Origin: Podarcis erhardii
Taxonomy: Eukaryota
DNA: 64,000 nucleotides
Assembly: GCA_964252035.1 (NCBI GenBank)
Contig: OZ176203.1
Reading direction: 5' to 3' (one strand)
This document shows, piece by piece, positions 27,614-41,850 of the stretch (the first letter of the stretch is position 1; every line of letters starts with the position of its first letter). The notes beneath the pieces are model-generated. The model was not told the origin of the DNA, ran no database searches, and saw nothing but the letters and a program-made list of their open reading frames with translations. The translations under genes and the position numbers were made by a program.

Positions 27614-27764
27614 ACACCAAATCCCGCAGCAAGCGAGTTTATTCCTAAAGGAGGATCAACCTCCCGACTCAGTAATATGTCACAGTCAAATATATCTGCC
27701 TTCTCTCAAGCCTTGTTCTCTCATCCTTCCATGGGAGGTCCTGCAAACGCTGGGCTAGCTCCAG
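27614..27764 (+). CDS. PAN3: PAN3 exon 6 (151 bp) with PAM2 PABP-binding motif (TPNPAASEFIPKGG)
   Basis: aacag acceptor, CAG|gtaagc donor; PAM2-type AxEFxP motif. Confidence 0.95.
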
Positions 27765-27862
27765 GTAAGCTTAGAGTAATTTATTTGCACTAGCTTATGA
27801 ATCACAGTAGCACTAGGGAAGCTTATTACATCTAGGAACCGACTCTTCCTAAGCTCTATTTA

Positions 27863-28031
27863 CCGTATTTTTCGCTCTATAACACGCACCTGACCATAAC
27901 ACGCACGTAGTTTTTAGAGGAGGAAAATCCGTAGTCATGCCACCCGTAGGCATTCCCTCCATAACACGCACAGACATTTCCCCTTACTTTTTAGGAGGAA
28001 AAAAGTGAGTGTTATGGTGCAAAAAATACGG
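27863..28031. mobile_element. Tigger/pogo-like MITE, 169 bp (same termini as 23150-23868)
   Basis: CCGTATTTTT..AAAAATACGG TIRs, TA TSD. Confidence 0.88.
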
Positions 28032-28428
28032 TATTTAAAGTCTTACATAGCAGCCGTGTCATCTTCAGGTGTTTGTTATCAGTTTTGTGCCTGCACTTTG
28101 CACATTTCAGCACCTTAAGTGTAATTCTTGCAGCCGTCAAGGTTTCCTGCAGCATCTTAGCATTACCAAGTTTTAGAAGGAGCTTGTCAGCTTTGTTTGC
28201 AACCGTTATTTAAGGGGTCTCTCTTAACTGAATTCATTTTCAGAATGTTTAGAACTATCATTAACATTTTATCTGAAAAACGGAAGTACAAGATTATCTT
28301 GGAGGTATGAAAACAACAACCTACCAGGCAAAGGACAACTCCCCACCTCACCTCCAAAGCCTATGAATAGTTCCCAGCATAGATAATATGTGAACATGTT
28401 TAAAGCCTATAAACCAGAAAGACTAGAT

Positions 28429-28614
28429 CAGGGATAGTCAACGTTTTTATACCAACCGCCCACTAATGCATCTTCCTTGATGGTAAAATTTCCTTACTGC
28501 CCACCAGTGCTCAATGGAAGGAGGATTCAGCTTGTGCCATAGAACCCCCTACCGCCCACCTAGAATCCTAAAACACCCACTAGTGGGCAGTAGGGACCAG
28601 GTTGACAACCCCTG
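28429..28614. mobile_element. hAT MITE, 186 bp
   Basis: TIR CAGGGATAGTCAAC / GTTGACAACCCCTG; perfect 8-bp TSD GACTAGAT. Confidence 0.88.
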
Positions 28615-30024
28615 GACTAGATTATATACGTTCAGGGCTGTTGGAAGGAAGGAACTTCTAAGTAAAAACGATGGAGAAGAGCAGTGAACCGAGTGTGCGG
28701 GAAGCAGGACTCCGCTCTCTATAAAAGATTGACAAATGAAACATCGCACATTGTTAAAGCAATAATGTGAAGAGAATAGTAAGTGAGCAAGAAGAATCTA
28801 AGGTTATGGAACCACCTGTTAACATGGAATAACCTGACTTTGGGGGCAGAGTTGCTTTCAAAGTAGTACTAGGTACATTAATTTTCTAATTGTCAGTTTC
28901 ATCTGCTATATCTTGTTAGATAATATCGTTGGGAAGGAGTCGTTTAACAAGCCCTGTAAGTGGAAGACCTCCACAATCACTTGTGCTTGCACATGACTTT
29001 CTTAACTTGTCCCTTGCTCCCCTTCCCCCTCCCCCCAAAAATATATGGGGGGGGTTGGTTGGTTGGTTGGTTGGCAAAACTCTCAGGGGAGGGGAAATTG
29101 TTTCCATTGGACAAGCTGAGATGCTTGCACAGATGTTAATGCTGGCCATATCACAACTTTGAATTCCACCCTTTGTTATCTTGTGAACCACCCTGAGATC
29201 TTTTGACGAAGGGTGGTATGTAAATCTAATAAATAAAATAATTTGTTCCGTATGGTCATGGCTGTAGGTCACATACTTGACTGCAGAAACTTTAGCTGCC
29301 TCAGAGATTTCAGTACCCAGGTTTGGGGAAGTGGGTGGAGGTGGCTAAACAGGTTTATATTTGCAGTGTGCAGTATGCAAACAAGTTCTCTAGATAGCAT
29401 AGCTCTTAACTCCATGTACCATGGAAATAGCATCTCCGTTTTTCATGCTGCAAAGCAGCTGCCTTATTCTCTAGTGCAGACAAAAACTAGTTTCACTTTC
29501 AAGTTTGGGGCAACCAGCGACGTTTATTTTAAAAAGAGGTCTATTGTCAGACCCATCTTAGGGAAGCAACCTTAGCCTGTCTTGCATGATGGGAAATAAT
29601 TGAGGGTTGAGGAGGAAAATTAAGCCTCATAGTTTTATCATAAGTAGTTACCTTGAAAATATGAATCTGCCTTAAATGAAGTCCATTTATCTGCATAGTC
29701 CAGTGCTGTCAACTCTGGCAGTTTCTCTCCAGGATGATGCCTAGGATTTTTCCAAAGCCTTTCTGCCCAGAAATGTCATGGATCTTAAACCTGGATCTTG
29801 TTCATACCAAGGTTTTTCTTTAGCAGTGAGCTATGGCTTTTCCTGTGTGCCTCCTCCTTTCTGGGGCAGCACCTCATGCCTCATACTGCTTTAAGAAAGG
29901 GGCTGAGAAGCTTCTATGAATAGCACACATAGTGCTTTGAATCCTACAGTTTGTTTTTATTTAAATTTGGAAAAAACACTTAACATCCATAATCGTAGTC
30001 ACAGGAAACATTGTAGTTTTATAG

Positions 30025-30059
30025 TATGTATGTATGTATGTATGTATGTATGTATGTAT
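30025..30059. repeat. (TATG)n microsatellite
   Basis: Direct reading. Confidence 0.9.
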
Positions 30060-31319
30060 AAATAAATAATAGATTGCACATCATATTTTGTTTCAGTGCT
30101 GAGTAAGTAGTACCTAGTTAATAAATTTGTCTTGACACTGAGTATAGTATGGTTAGTTTGCGTAATCATTGCAACCTGGTGGTGGTTTTTTTAAAAAAAA
30201 AAATATTCTGTGTAGGTGTCTATATAAATCGTTACAAATTATATGGCACAGACCTCAGTATTTTCCTTTCAGATGATTCTAGTTTGGTTTAAATAAGGCG
30301 TGGGGAATGTTTTTAGCTCCATGGGCCAGATTCTTATAAGGATCTGCCTTGCAGAGCAAATTTGACAGGTGTCAGTCAACTGATACCAGGGAATTTGGTG
30401 CTTTGAAGTCCCAGGATTTCAAAGCAGGCAACAAGGCTGTGAAAGTGAAGGCTTCTTCCTTCCTTTTGCAGGAAAAACCTTTCCTTTAGCAGCGCCTTGC
30501 TGTCTGCTACATGCACAGTCAAAATGAGCAGGTTAGGGGGCATGATAGTTGCCTGCAGGTAAACCTCATGTACCCAGACCAAGCAGGATCCCCCCCTCAA
30601 TACATCAGCCAATGCACCAAGCAGAATTGCCCTCCTTTCACATCAGGGTGGTTTAAGCAAGCGGGCAGGTGGTTACAGTGGAGAAGTAGAGCAGACTCTT
30701 CTCCCTTACCCTTCTGCCACTGGCTCTTCTTAAAGACAAAGTGCAAGTTACTCCAAATAGTCCTTTTACAAAGGGCTTTTATCACTGCTCATCAGTGATG
30801 AGCAGGGATTAAATCCTGCTGCTTTGGCTGCATGATCCTGTTCCTTGCTTGGGAATAGGCCATACAGCTAATGTAGGAGGAATAAACCATCTCCTCCCAT
30901 CCATCAGCTGTCCAGTGGGTGACGTGGTTTGGAGTAATTGGCCTGACAAGCCAATCTTGGCCCACCAATTGGAAGTTCCCCATCCTTGGTTTAAAGAGTA
31001 CTGTGGCAGTACCTGGCGCTTTTTGTCTGCCATAGCAAAGTGGCACAATTAGATGGAGTTGTAATTGAATAGCTTGAAAATGTTGCAAATATTTGCTGCT
31101 GCTTTTCTTACCCTTTGGGCAAAAGTTGTTATCTTTGTGGCTAACCATTTCACTTGAATCTTACATGTAAACTGGGAAGTTTTAAAACACCTTGTCCAGC
31201 TGTCCCAAGTCTGTTTTTATCTGCAAGGAAATATACCCCCCACCCCAAGCCTTGGAGTCTGTTATGGCTGCAAATGCCTTTTCACTGCAAGTCTTCTTTT
31301 TTCCTTTTATTTTCATAAG

Positions 31320-31567
31320 GAATGTCATTGTCAGCAGGATCTTCTCCCCTTCATTCCCCTAAAATTACTCCTCACACGTCTCCTGCTCCTAGACGAAGAA
31401 GTCATACACCAAACCCAGCAAATTACATGGTGCCTACTAGTGCCTCTACGCCAGTTACTAATGCTGTCTCCCAGCCGCCAGCTGCTGGCCAGGTGATTCA
31501 GAAGGAAACTGTGGGTGGCACAACCTATTTCTATACTGACACAACTCCAGCACCTGTAACTGGAATG
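31320..31567 (+). CDS. PAN3: PAN3 exon 7 (248 bp; MSLSAGSSPLHSPKITPHTSPAPRRRSHTPNP...YFYTDTTPAPVTGM)
   Basis: ORF 31322-31591 overlaps; aag acceptor, ATG|gtgaga donor. Confidence 0.95.
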
Positions 31568-33628
31568 GTGAGAATTCCGTTTTATTTATGAAGCTCTTTG
31601 TTATAATCCATAAATTAATGCTGGTATTCCATATAGTAATTACCACATTTCCAAGCTTGATTTGCATCTTGGCTGTTACTGTTGACTGCCACTGTGGCTT
31701 CCTTTTCTGTCTTGCAAAGCTTTCCTATTTGCACACAGTTGGAGAATAATTTATATACTGCCCTTTATCTCAGAATATTATATTTTTAACTAGTAAATAA
31801 TAAAACCACAGGGCAGTTTACAGTATAAACACACAGAAATACATAACATACCAACAAACTAAACAACCTGCACCCAATAGTTCATGAGGCCATAGACCAT
31901 TTAATTAGCCAAAGGCCTGTCAGCAAAGGAATATTTTGGCCTGGCACCTAAATATTTGTAATGAAGGTATCAGATTAGCCCCCCCTGGAGAGAGCATGGC
32001 ACAGAGAAGGGCTTGGATGATGATCTCAGGGTCCAGGGCAGTTTATATGGGGAGAGGCGGTCAGAATAAACCATGGTTTATCATGATGGGAATGAACCTA
32101 CATGAGCCTTGGACTTAAGTCCTTTCCTTTCCTCCACAAGTATGGCTGCAAGTAAGAGTGGAAGTTTCCTATTTCAATTAACTTTCATTTAGCATCCTAT
32201 CCAAACCCTAAACTGGTCAATAATTATGGTTTGAAATTGGCTTTTTCATACAAAGCTTAGGTTGAATGATATGAAAAACTCCAGAAGCAGAAATGAAAGC
32301 TTCCAAACTCTTTCATCTGTGTAGTGGAGGAGTACATGAGTCTGAGGCTTGTTGAGTCTCCTTCCTTTCATGATAAACTGATTAAAGAGCAGCGTGGGGA
32401 GAGCCATAGGTCTGCTGTCGATCACATGCTTTTGCATACGCAATGTTCTAGGTTCTGTTCCTTACATCTTCATTTAAACTCTTTCTAGTAGGCAGGGAAA
32501 GATCTCTGGCCGAGACCTTGTTGCCTGCCGGAGTAGGCACTAGTAGACCAGAAAGACCAATGATCAGATTCTGTAGAAGGCAGTTCCTTTTTCTCAGAAG
32601 AATTACACAGGCGGCTGATGTATGAGTAAGCCCTTTATTAATGGGATGAATGGCATAGAAATCTAAGAGCCTAGACTAGGTGGCATCAGAGATTCCCTCT
32701 ATGTGAGATTGTATGTGCAGCTTTGTTGGCTTTTTATTTTAAGGCCATTGCCCCCTAAGAAAACCAGACATGCTCTCTGACATGGCAGAATCTGTTGTAT
32801 CTTGAGCCCTTAGGGCAGGTAACAGCAGCGTTTGGCAAACTTTGTGCATGACTTGGGTAGTTTGCCACCATGATGCTTTCATTAGAATGTTAGATACTTT
32901 CTTAAGTATAAGATAAATACATCCTGTTCCGCCACCCACTCTGTTAGTCTTTATAGTTTATCTTTCTATCTATCTATCTATCTATCTATCTATCATGTTA
33001 CCCCACTGTTCAGCTCTGAGAATCTAGGCTAGTGACACTTAAAAGAATTAATGAACAAGAACAGCATCAGCTTAAAAAAATTAATTTCAAATAATACAAC
33101 ACAAAAAGTTGAGTAAGTATCAGCTTAAACTAAAATTCAATGAAGGATTAAAGCCCGGGCTTGGTACCAATAAGTTTCAGCACCATACCTCCTCCATGAA
33201 TGGGGTGTTGCTACCACTGAAAAGACTCCCAAGCTGCCACCTGCCTTATCTCCCTAAGCCAGGGGCACTCTGAGAAAGGCTTTTGAGGATGGTTATAGGA
33301 CATGTACAGGCTTGGGGTGTGCATTTTATGTAGCCCTTATTACCTAGCCAGATTCATATTCCTTGTGTTTCCTCATGCTGACCCTGTACTAATATTTTGC
33401 ACACTTTCCATACAAACTTATTTTTCTCCCAGAATTTCAAGTTTGGATTTTGAAAGTAATTAATTCAGATGCTGATGACTTTGCAGCCGCAACCATAAGT
33501 ATGCACCCATAAGTATGCTCATACTTTTTTTGATATGGCTTCTGTGGAACCACTTCAGAGGGCTTTTAAAAGATCTCATAACTTTTCAAATCCTAAAAAC
33601 TGTCTGTTCCAAATTTTATCTTCAATAG

Positions 33629-33733
33629 GTGTTCCCAAATTACCACATTTATCCTCCAACTGCGCCTCATGTTGCTTACATGCAGCCAAAAGCAAATGCA
33701 CCTTCCTTCTTCATGGCAGATGAACTCAGACAG
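33629..33733 (+). CDS. PAN3: PAN3 exon 8 (105 bp; VFPNYHIYPPTAPHVAYMQPKANAPSFFMADELRQ)
   Basis: aatag acceptor, CAG|gtaagt donor; conserved peptide. Confidence 0.95.
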
Positions 33734-35463
33734 GTAAGTTCTTTCTAGTAATATTCTAACAGATTTCCTCCCACCACAAAATTTCTCTGCCACCTTCCGC
33801 TTGCCCAAAGTTATCTGCAATGCTGTATCATAAAAAAAGAACTTTGTTTCTGAGAAAATTAATGAGATTTAAGTAAGCAGGTGAAATAGGTATATAAAAA
33901 CAGAATTGATGGTTTTGGGGATATGTGTCCTCTTTGGCTGCAATCTTATGCACACTTGCTTGGGAGTAAAAATACCTCTTATATTTTACCTTTGCCAACC
34001 ACACCATGGCAGAAGTCTGTGCAAAAGTTATTCTTGTTAACAGCAGGCCTAACTTTTTAAAGATTTCCTACACACACAGTATTGGCAGAACAGATGGTGA
34101 ATCAATTTGAAACAGGGTTGGGTTACTGTTTCCTCTCAGATATTGTTGGAATACAACCCTTATCATCCCTGTCTGTTGGTCATGCTGGCTGGGGCTGATG
34201 GTATCTTTGCTACAAGGTGACTTTTTCAAAGCCATCCATGGCATGGAAAATGCCTTATTAAAGAATCTTAACCCACTGCCTCTTTACCTTTTCCATATCT
34301 GCTTTTTGGAGTGGGCTGCCACGTATGTCTGTTCTTGCTGTGATAGTTGGAAACCTTAGGGCTCTTCCTGCAGCATTGCAATTTGTTTTCCCTACCTCAC
34401 TGCACATTTAAAGCACTTTCTGTCATATCAGACTCCATCTTGCGAGACTGAGTTAGAACTCAAAATCATCTCAGTAAATTGGAAACATTTTCAGCAAAAA
34501 GTAGAAACTTAATAAGGACAAATGCAAGTCTCTTCTTTACTAGAAACAGATTGCTGCCAAAGAAATGTGGGTCAGTCAAGTAACAATACGGAAAAGGGCC
34601 TTAACCTTAGTTTAAAACAAAGTTTGCCTAAGCATCACTACAAGGCTTTGCAAAATAATCACGAGGGATATAAAAGGTGACTTCTGTACTCTGTGCTGTA
34701 TTCTGATTTGTTGAGACCTTTGGATTACCATGTTCAGTACATAGTTTACTTGCCTGCTTTTTACTCATTAGAAGTCTAATGGAGGACAGGTCAGCCTGGG
34801 CTCCTTTGGGAGGAAGGTCAGAACAGAATTTTCATAAACAGAGTTCTGTCCTTCCCCCAGCAGCACACTCACTTTCCTGGATGCAATAATTCATTGTTTA
34901 TCATGAATTCAAAGCCACTCCTGATTGCAGTGTGATAGAAGATAGGACTTGTTAATGTCTGCCATTGAGCAGAGAAGATTGAGAGCAGCTTCATTAGTGT
35001 TCAGATGAAATTATGGTTGCCCTGAGAAGGATAGAGACTGGCAATGTATATATGGGGGACAAGAAATAAAACTTGAACTGCAGTCTTGGCTAGGCTTTAG
35101 AAATACCATTCTACAATGAAAGAATAGCAGAACCTTGATTCAGATTCCCCAGGATGCAGAGGTCTGTGGTGGAGTTACCTGAAGATCAGGTTTGACAAAC
35201 AATTTGATGGGGCTGGTTCAGGCGGGTTCAGTAGATGAACTGATTGAGTGACTATAGGATCTCTTAAAGGTTGCTTCCAGCCATGTCCTTAGACAAGGGT
35301 AGCTTTAGTTAGGGATTCTGCTTCTATAAGGGGGTTCTGATAGTCCAAGTCCTTTTTCAGGTCTGTTTCTATGGTTTTGTGATTAACCGAAGCAGCATAT
35401 AAGAAACAGCAAACTAGAATTTCATGTCCTTATTGGTAAGACTGCCAAAATGTATTCCTATAG

Positions 35464-35521
35464 GAGCTGATCAACAGACACTTAATTACAATGGCTCAGA
35501 TAGATCAAGCAGATATGCCTG
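35464..35521 (+). CDS. PAN3: PAN3 exon 9 (58 bp; ELINRHLITMAQIDQADMP)
   Basis: tag acceptor, G|gtaagt donor; conserved peptide. Confidence 0.95.
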
Positions 35522-36628
35522 GTAAGTAACTAAAGATCCTGAATTTAAATTGCATTTTTAAGCCGGTCTTTTGCTTGCTGTGTTTGCTACTGCAGTTAGA
35601 TATATGAATAATCAATTTGCATATTAAAGCAAAGCCATTCTGAATACAGGATTGACTATAATCCAGTGGAGTCTCTGTATTAGGTTCTTTCAAGCTCCTT
35701 TTCAATGCATTTATTCAGTAGTGCACAATCCAAACTTTCCTTATTTATTTCTTTAAATAATTTGTATAATGCAACCCTGAGGAAATGTTTGTTACGTGGA
35801 TGACACAGTCTGTGAAAATAAGTACTGTACAAAATCTCTCGTGCTTCAGTGGATCTCTTCTGTCTTTTATTTGTTTTTCTTCTTCAGAAACAAAATGCAT
35901 CATATTTGAAATTCAAAGTGATATAGAACAAAAAGTTTTGCAAAATCACATAATAATAACATATGAAACTAGGTCTGCTGCAGACATGGCTGGGATCACT
36001 CCTTTGGGGTGGCCTTTCTGAATAAAAACGTCTTCAGTTCCTAATGAGTGCCAGTTACTGCACTTGATTTAGATGTGAACTGCTATACTGAAACTCATCA
36101 GGGTGCTCCCAAGACAAATTTAACAATGTCTCTGTGCATAAGGCTCTGTCAGGTCTCAGATTTTCCCATTCAGTGCATCAAAGTGTACAATGTCTTCAAC
36201 AAGGCAGGAATAAAAGCTTGCCTTAAACTGGCAATGTAAAATTAAAACTCCCTTAGGGTTTACACACTCAGGTTTTAGATTTTTGGTTCTTGTCCTACTC
36301 TTCTCCCATTATGACCAACTGGCACCAAGCACACTATTTCCTACCCCGTCTATAAAATATGTGAATCAGGATCTTAGTGCAAATACTGAACACACTTTTC
36401 TTCAGTATTGCAGATTTCTGGATTTTCCAAAGCAAACCTGCGTGTTGTGGTAAAAGTTGTATAGGATTTGCATCAAAATTTGTTGTCAGAGCTTTGTTAC
36501 AGTCTTCTAAACCTGTGTGTGTGTGTGTGTGTGTGTGTGTTGTCTTGTCATTGAATTGCTTTGTCTATAATAACTCTTTTCTTCATAATTTTAAGTAGTG
36601 TCTAATGTATTTCCGTAAACTGGTTTAG

Positions 36629-36790
36629 CTGTCCCAACAGAAGTTGACAGCTACCACAGCCTTTTCCCTTTGGAGCCAGTGCCACCACCCAATCGGATAC
36701 AGAAAACAAGCAACTTTGGGTATATAACATCATGCTACAAAGCTGTAAATAGCAAAGATGATCTGCCATATTGCCTTCGGAGGATACATG
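36629..36790 (+). CDS. PAN3: PAN3 exon 10 (162 bp; start of pseudokinase domain, VPTEVDSYHSLFPLEP...YCLRRIH)
   Basis: tttag acceptor, G|gtgagg donor; conserved peptide. Confidence 0.95.
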
Positions 36791-37082
36791 GTGAGGGAAA
36801 TTACAAGTTCTCATATTTTAAAATTCAATTCTACCAGTACTTAAGCCTCAAAACATTTGTGTTTCTTTGTCGATAAACCTCAAACTGGATTTAAAATCAG
36901 ATTGTTCCTTTTAAATAATGGAATGGAATTGGGTATGGCTAATAATCCATAAAGCAGGCTATGATCATATGTGTGTTTTTTGGGTTGTGTCTTTTGCTAG
37001 CACTCTAGTACTTTAGAATAAATGTGAAAGCGACATTAAAATAGCCAAAAATCTTTGAAATGTGAAAGATTTTCTTTCTCAG

Positions 37083-37199
37083 GTTTTCGTCTTGTTAACA
37101 CAAAGTGCATGGTGCTGGTTGACATGTGGAAAAAAATCCAACACTCAAACATTGTCACATTGCGAGAAGTATTCACCACTAAAGCATTTGGAGAACATT
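37083..37199 (+). CDS. PAN3: PAN3 exon 11 (117 bp; FRLVNTKCMVLVDMWKKIQHSNIVTLREVFTTKAFGEH)
   Basis: ctcag acceptor, gtaagt donor; overlaps ORF 37055-37261. Confidence 0.95.
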
Positions 37200-37292
37200 G
37201 TAAGTTTCTTATTTTTAAGATGTTAGCCAATCGTATTGGAAGACTTGCCTCAATTGCATAGCTAATTCTCACCTCGGACTTTCTTTGAAAAG

Positions 37293-37394
37293 CTCTTGTG
37301 TTTGCCTATGACTTCCACGCTGGAGGAGAGACTATGATGAGCAGACACTTCAATGATCCTAGTGCTGATGCCTATTTCACAAAAAGGAAGTGGG
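37293..37394 (+). CDS. PAN3: PAN3 exon 12 (102 bp; LVFAYDFHAGGETMMSRHFNDPSADAYFTKRKW)
   Basis: aag acceptor, G|gtaagg donor; conserved peptide. Confidence 0.95.
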
Positions 37395-39229
37395 GTAAGG
37401 CCAGCAAATGAGATCTATGTTTTTGTTTTTCCAGTGGACAAAAATTAGGGAACTACAGTTGAAGTATTGTAACTTTGCATTGTACATAGATTTGCTGCAA
37501 TTTAGGCTTCTTGACGTCTTCAGAACATAATGTATACATGGCAGTTGTGCTGGTTATTGCAAACTGGTTTTGATGCTGCATTCACATTGGGCTTTCAATA
37601 CTCTATTTGTAATACTCTATTCCTATAGGTAATATAGTTTGCTGGATCAGGCTGGAGGACATTACTCTCTTAGGGTATGACACCCCCCTCTAGTGATGAC
37701 AAGCAGGGTCCTAGAAAGTCTTTTGCCTCCAAATGGGTCACCTCTTTTCCTTTACAGCAAAAAATCTAAAGGAAAGGGGAGAGAAAACAAAGAGCCCAAA
37801 GGGGAAAGTCTGCACTGACAAAAAGGCATGGGGAGGGAGGTATCTTGCACTGAAACCCCCACGTTGCTAGGGGGCAAGAGGAAACAAAGGGAAATGAGAG
37901 GCAGTTCAGACATGCTAAAAGAAGATTCTCAGATTTAAGGCAAAAAGAAGGCCAGCAAACAAGCCAGGAAGAAGAGGAGGAGTTGATAAGGACTTTTGAC
38001 TGTACAGTGAAAGTTCTCTTCCCTCTTCTTTCTCCATTCACCCCATAAATCCGATCTGAGTTTCTCCCAACCCTTTGGAGCTTAGTGGGTTGAGTTCAGT
38101 TGCTTGCAGTGTGGCTTGGGTTGTGTTTTTTTTTTTGGGGGGGGGGAGTCCTAGGTTGTTGGGTCAGGTTAGCCATTTGTAATGGTGGTGTGGTTTTTTT
38201 AAAAGAGGCATTTGTACAAAGGGCAAAACTTACAGAACGTAACTGTGTGTGTGTGTGTGTGTGTGTGTAGAAACAGGGTTTTGTTGTAATTTTCTCATTT
38301 CCCTTAATTTGCATTTGGCAGCACAAGGCTTTGTATTAAGATAGGGTCTCTTAGTACATTGTGCTTTAAACAGCTTCATCACTTGTTAGTAAAACTGGTA
38401 TTTGACAGTTAAAGGAAGAGAATTGTGGTTACATGGTGGTTTTTCCACATTGTATTCTGCTGTCACCATGTGGTTAGACTTTTTTTTTTGCCTTGTCATT
38501 TGTTAACACCATCAAGAATTTTATTGTCTAGGATGTGGTATAATAAAGTTTTCTGACAGATGAATGAAGGCATAACAGGTTCGGTTTATTTCTGCACTAG
38601 ACACCTGTGAACCAGGGGACTAGTGGTGCCCCGGTTAACATCCCTTGAACGTGGCAGCCCCTGTTGGTTTGAGCAGGAAGTTGCTTATCTTCAAACCGGA
38701 ACAAAAACCCAAACCACTAGAGTGGAGGCAGGGGGGAGATGCAGAATTGAAAGCAAACATTTAATGTGATCAGGCTTACTGAAAGAAACAAAATCCATTT
38801 TTTAACCAGTCTCTAGATGTATTATTGATTTCACACAACGGACTAAACCAGTTTTCCACAAATCCACAGCAGATTGAAGGCAGCAGTGTGTGTTTTCTAA
38901 ATTGCTGTGTTTTGTAGTTACTAAAAGTATTTCCTCATTCAGTATCGCTTGTGTAAAGATCTTCACTTTTGTCAGGCTAAAAGTAGAAAGCTTATTCCGG
39001 AAATGCTGTATTTCTGAATGCACTTGAGAGGCATTTGTATGCACATCTGTGTGACCCATCAAGGTCGGTTAGATTATAATTGTTTGAAGACCCTCACGCA
39101 AGTATGGCAAACTGGGGGGGGGGGGGAATACTCCCTGTAGTTAAAAATGCACTTCAAGGGGGTTGTTGCAGGAGAAAGGTCATGGCAAATAGTGTGTTTG
39201 CACTGCAAAGTAGCTAAACTGCTCTGGTA

Positions 39230-39595
39230 AAAAGGTAAAGATACCCCTGCCCGCACGGGCCAGTCGTGTCCGTCTCTAGGGTTGTGTGCCTATCTCACTT
39301 AAGAGGCCGGGGGCCAGCGCTGTCCGGAGACACTTCCGGGTCACGTGGCCAGCGTGACGAAGCTGCTCTGGCGAGCCAGCACCAGCGCAGCACACGGAAA
39401 CGCCATTTACCTTCCCGCTATAAAGCGGTACCTATTTGTCTACTTGCACTCGAGTGCTTTCGAACTGCTAGGTGGGCAGGAGCTGGGACCGAAAGACGGG
39501 AGCTCACCCCGCCGTGGGGATTCAAACCGCCGACCTTGCGATCAGCAAGTCCTATGCACAGAGGTTTTACCCAGAGCGCCACCCGCGTCCCCCCA
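39230..39595 (-). mobile_element. Sauria SINE, apparently full length
   Basis: GGGACGCGGGTGGCGCT.. tRNA-like head on the minus strand, (ACCTTT)-type tail; 14-bp TSD AAACTGCTCTGGTA (39216-39229, 39596-39609). Confidence 0.9.
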
Positions 39596-40759
39596 AAACT
39601 GCTCTGGTACCAAACACCAAAGCTGCTCTTCAAACCTGGGGTACTAAAGAGCTATTTGTGGGAAGTGATCCTTGAGTGGAATTCCTCTTGAGGGCAATGT
39701 GCATGATGCATGCCTTTGAATCACAACTCAGTTCTACATTGTATTTGGGCTCCATTATTCACAGTTCTGGCGTTAACAAACACACCCAAACACCATTCCT
39801 TTTCTTCAGAACTCAAGTCGTATTAACCTGCTTGGCTATCTTTGAAAAAGATGGGGAGTTTTTGAAAGCTAATAGCTGTAGTATATTGCCAGAAGTACAT
39901 TATTTCCTCAGCAAAGTGCTTGATTCATTGAAAGGTTCTTAAAGGGTTACTGTCAAGCAACAGTCATGAAACAAAACCCTAGGACGAAAAACGTGAAGCG
40001 TTCCAAATCTACTGAGTCATAGTATTTGTTGCTTGTGTATTTGAGCATATGTTTTAAACATGCGATGGGATTTGGGTTCATTAACTTGGATACCTTTTTT
40101 GTTTTTATATGGAAATACAGAAACAACATTGCTTCTGATGTAGTATGAATAAGGGCTTTGGCAGTGTATGTTTGCTTCTTTTGCTGCTTGCCTGGTACAT
40201 TTGAAGAGCCCTGCTCGCTCTCAGGCCAGTAGCCCATCTAATCCAGTCTGACATAATATATAACTAGAAATGCTTGTGATAAGGTCACAAGCAGGGCATG
40301 GTGCCAGTAATGCTGCCCCTTTGCTGCCATCCAGCAACTGGTGCTCAGTGGCACACTGCCTCTAACATTAATATTCTGCTAAGCCATCTTTGCTAATAGC
40401 AATTTATGGGTAAACAAATGTATAATCCACCTTTAAAGCTGCTTAAGCTGGTGGACGGTGCAACATATTGTGGCAGCCAGTACCAAAAATTAATTATGAT
40501 ACACTAAGGGATTGTAGCTGCACAATAAAATTCCACCTTTATACAGTCTGTCTTACTTTTAGTACAATTAAAAGTAAAACAAAACGGCAGTTGTAATTGG
40601 GTTGGGTGGGTTGTTCTTACAATTGCCAGTTGCTTTGAAATAAAGCAGATAATGATTTTAATTAACTAGCATTTTGAAAGAACTTTTGTATTCATTATCC
40701 AAACACTTACACAGCTGAAAGTTGTAGATTTCATTCATTTTCTCCCATTCTTCTGATAG

Positions 40760-40925
40760 GTCAGCATGATGGACCTTTGCCACGGCAACATGCGGGGTTG
40801 TTGCCAGAATCCCTGATTTGGGCCTACATTGTGCAGCTCAGCTCTGCATTGCGGACCATTCATACAGCAGGATTGGCCTGTCGGGTAATGGACCCCACCA
40901 AGATTCTGGTAACTGGAAAAACAAG
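40760..40925 (+). CDS. PAN3: PAN3 exon 13 (166 bp; QHDGPLPRQHAGLLPESLIWAYIVQLSSALRTIHTAGLACRVMDPTKILVTGKT)
   Basis: gatag acceptor, AG|gtaaca donor; conserved pseudokinase peptide. Confidence 0.95.
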
Positions 40926-41762
40926 GTAACATGAAACACGTTTTACCATTGCATTGTTGATAATCCAAGGTGGTGAAGCCAGCTAAATTTTAGGAACATA
41001 GATGCAGAGCTTCTCCCCAAGGGCAAGCTTGTTTTGGAGCAAAAAAATAGAAATGGCGCTATTCCCCTAGTTTGTGAAAACTGTAGTCACGAAACCTGCC
41101 AAAGTTCAATTGAACAAAGCCAGAGGCTATCATGCTAGGTGATTTTACATTCATTTTAAAATACTGGATAAGTCTTGTCTGGTTGTAGCTGTTTTTTTTC
41201 TGGCTGTCCTTGCCCCTTCCTGAAAGTATGTTCTGTGAATTTTTTTTTAAAAAAAGGAGAGAGCTATGATTTTTGTTTGTTAGAAAAAAAATGATTTGGA
41301 AAGAAGGCCACCCAGATAGTCCAATTCTGCCACTTGCACGTTTATTCTCACAGTCAAAACACTGAGAGTGACAGTCCATGTTTACTTCCACATCCCACCC
41401 CCTTATCACTCTGATTGGAGGGCCCCCAGAAAATAAATCACCGTGATTCAAAGCTACACCTGTTCATCAGAATGAAAGATCCCCGACAGACACACTCAGA
41501 AACTTAGGGAGTCTCTTACCCGACTCAAGACACCTTGGCAATGCTCTGAGAACCTTTCCTGCATCATCCCAATTTTCCTCATAATTTGCACAGAGTCAGT
41601 GCACCCTCATTCTACCCTCACAGATTGATAAACCATTGGCATTAATACCCGTTTGTTGGCAAAACTTTGCTGATGTAACTAAAGAAGTCGCAGAGCAAGT
41701 CTAACAAGCAGACTAAGGAGTTTTATCATTCTCTTCTCCTATATAATCCTCCTCCCGTCAAG

Positions 41763-41850
41763 GTTGCGAGTGAACTGCGTTGGAGTCTTTGATGTGTTAA
41801 CATTTGATAACAGCCAAAACAATCCCCTGGCCCTCATGGCCCAGTATCAG
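41763..41850 (+). CDS. PAN3: PAN3 exon 14 (88 bp; LRVNCVGVFDVLTFDNSQNNPLALMAQYQ)
   Basis: caag acceptor, CAG|gtaaga donor. Confidence 0.95.
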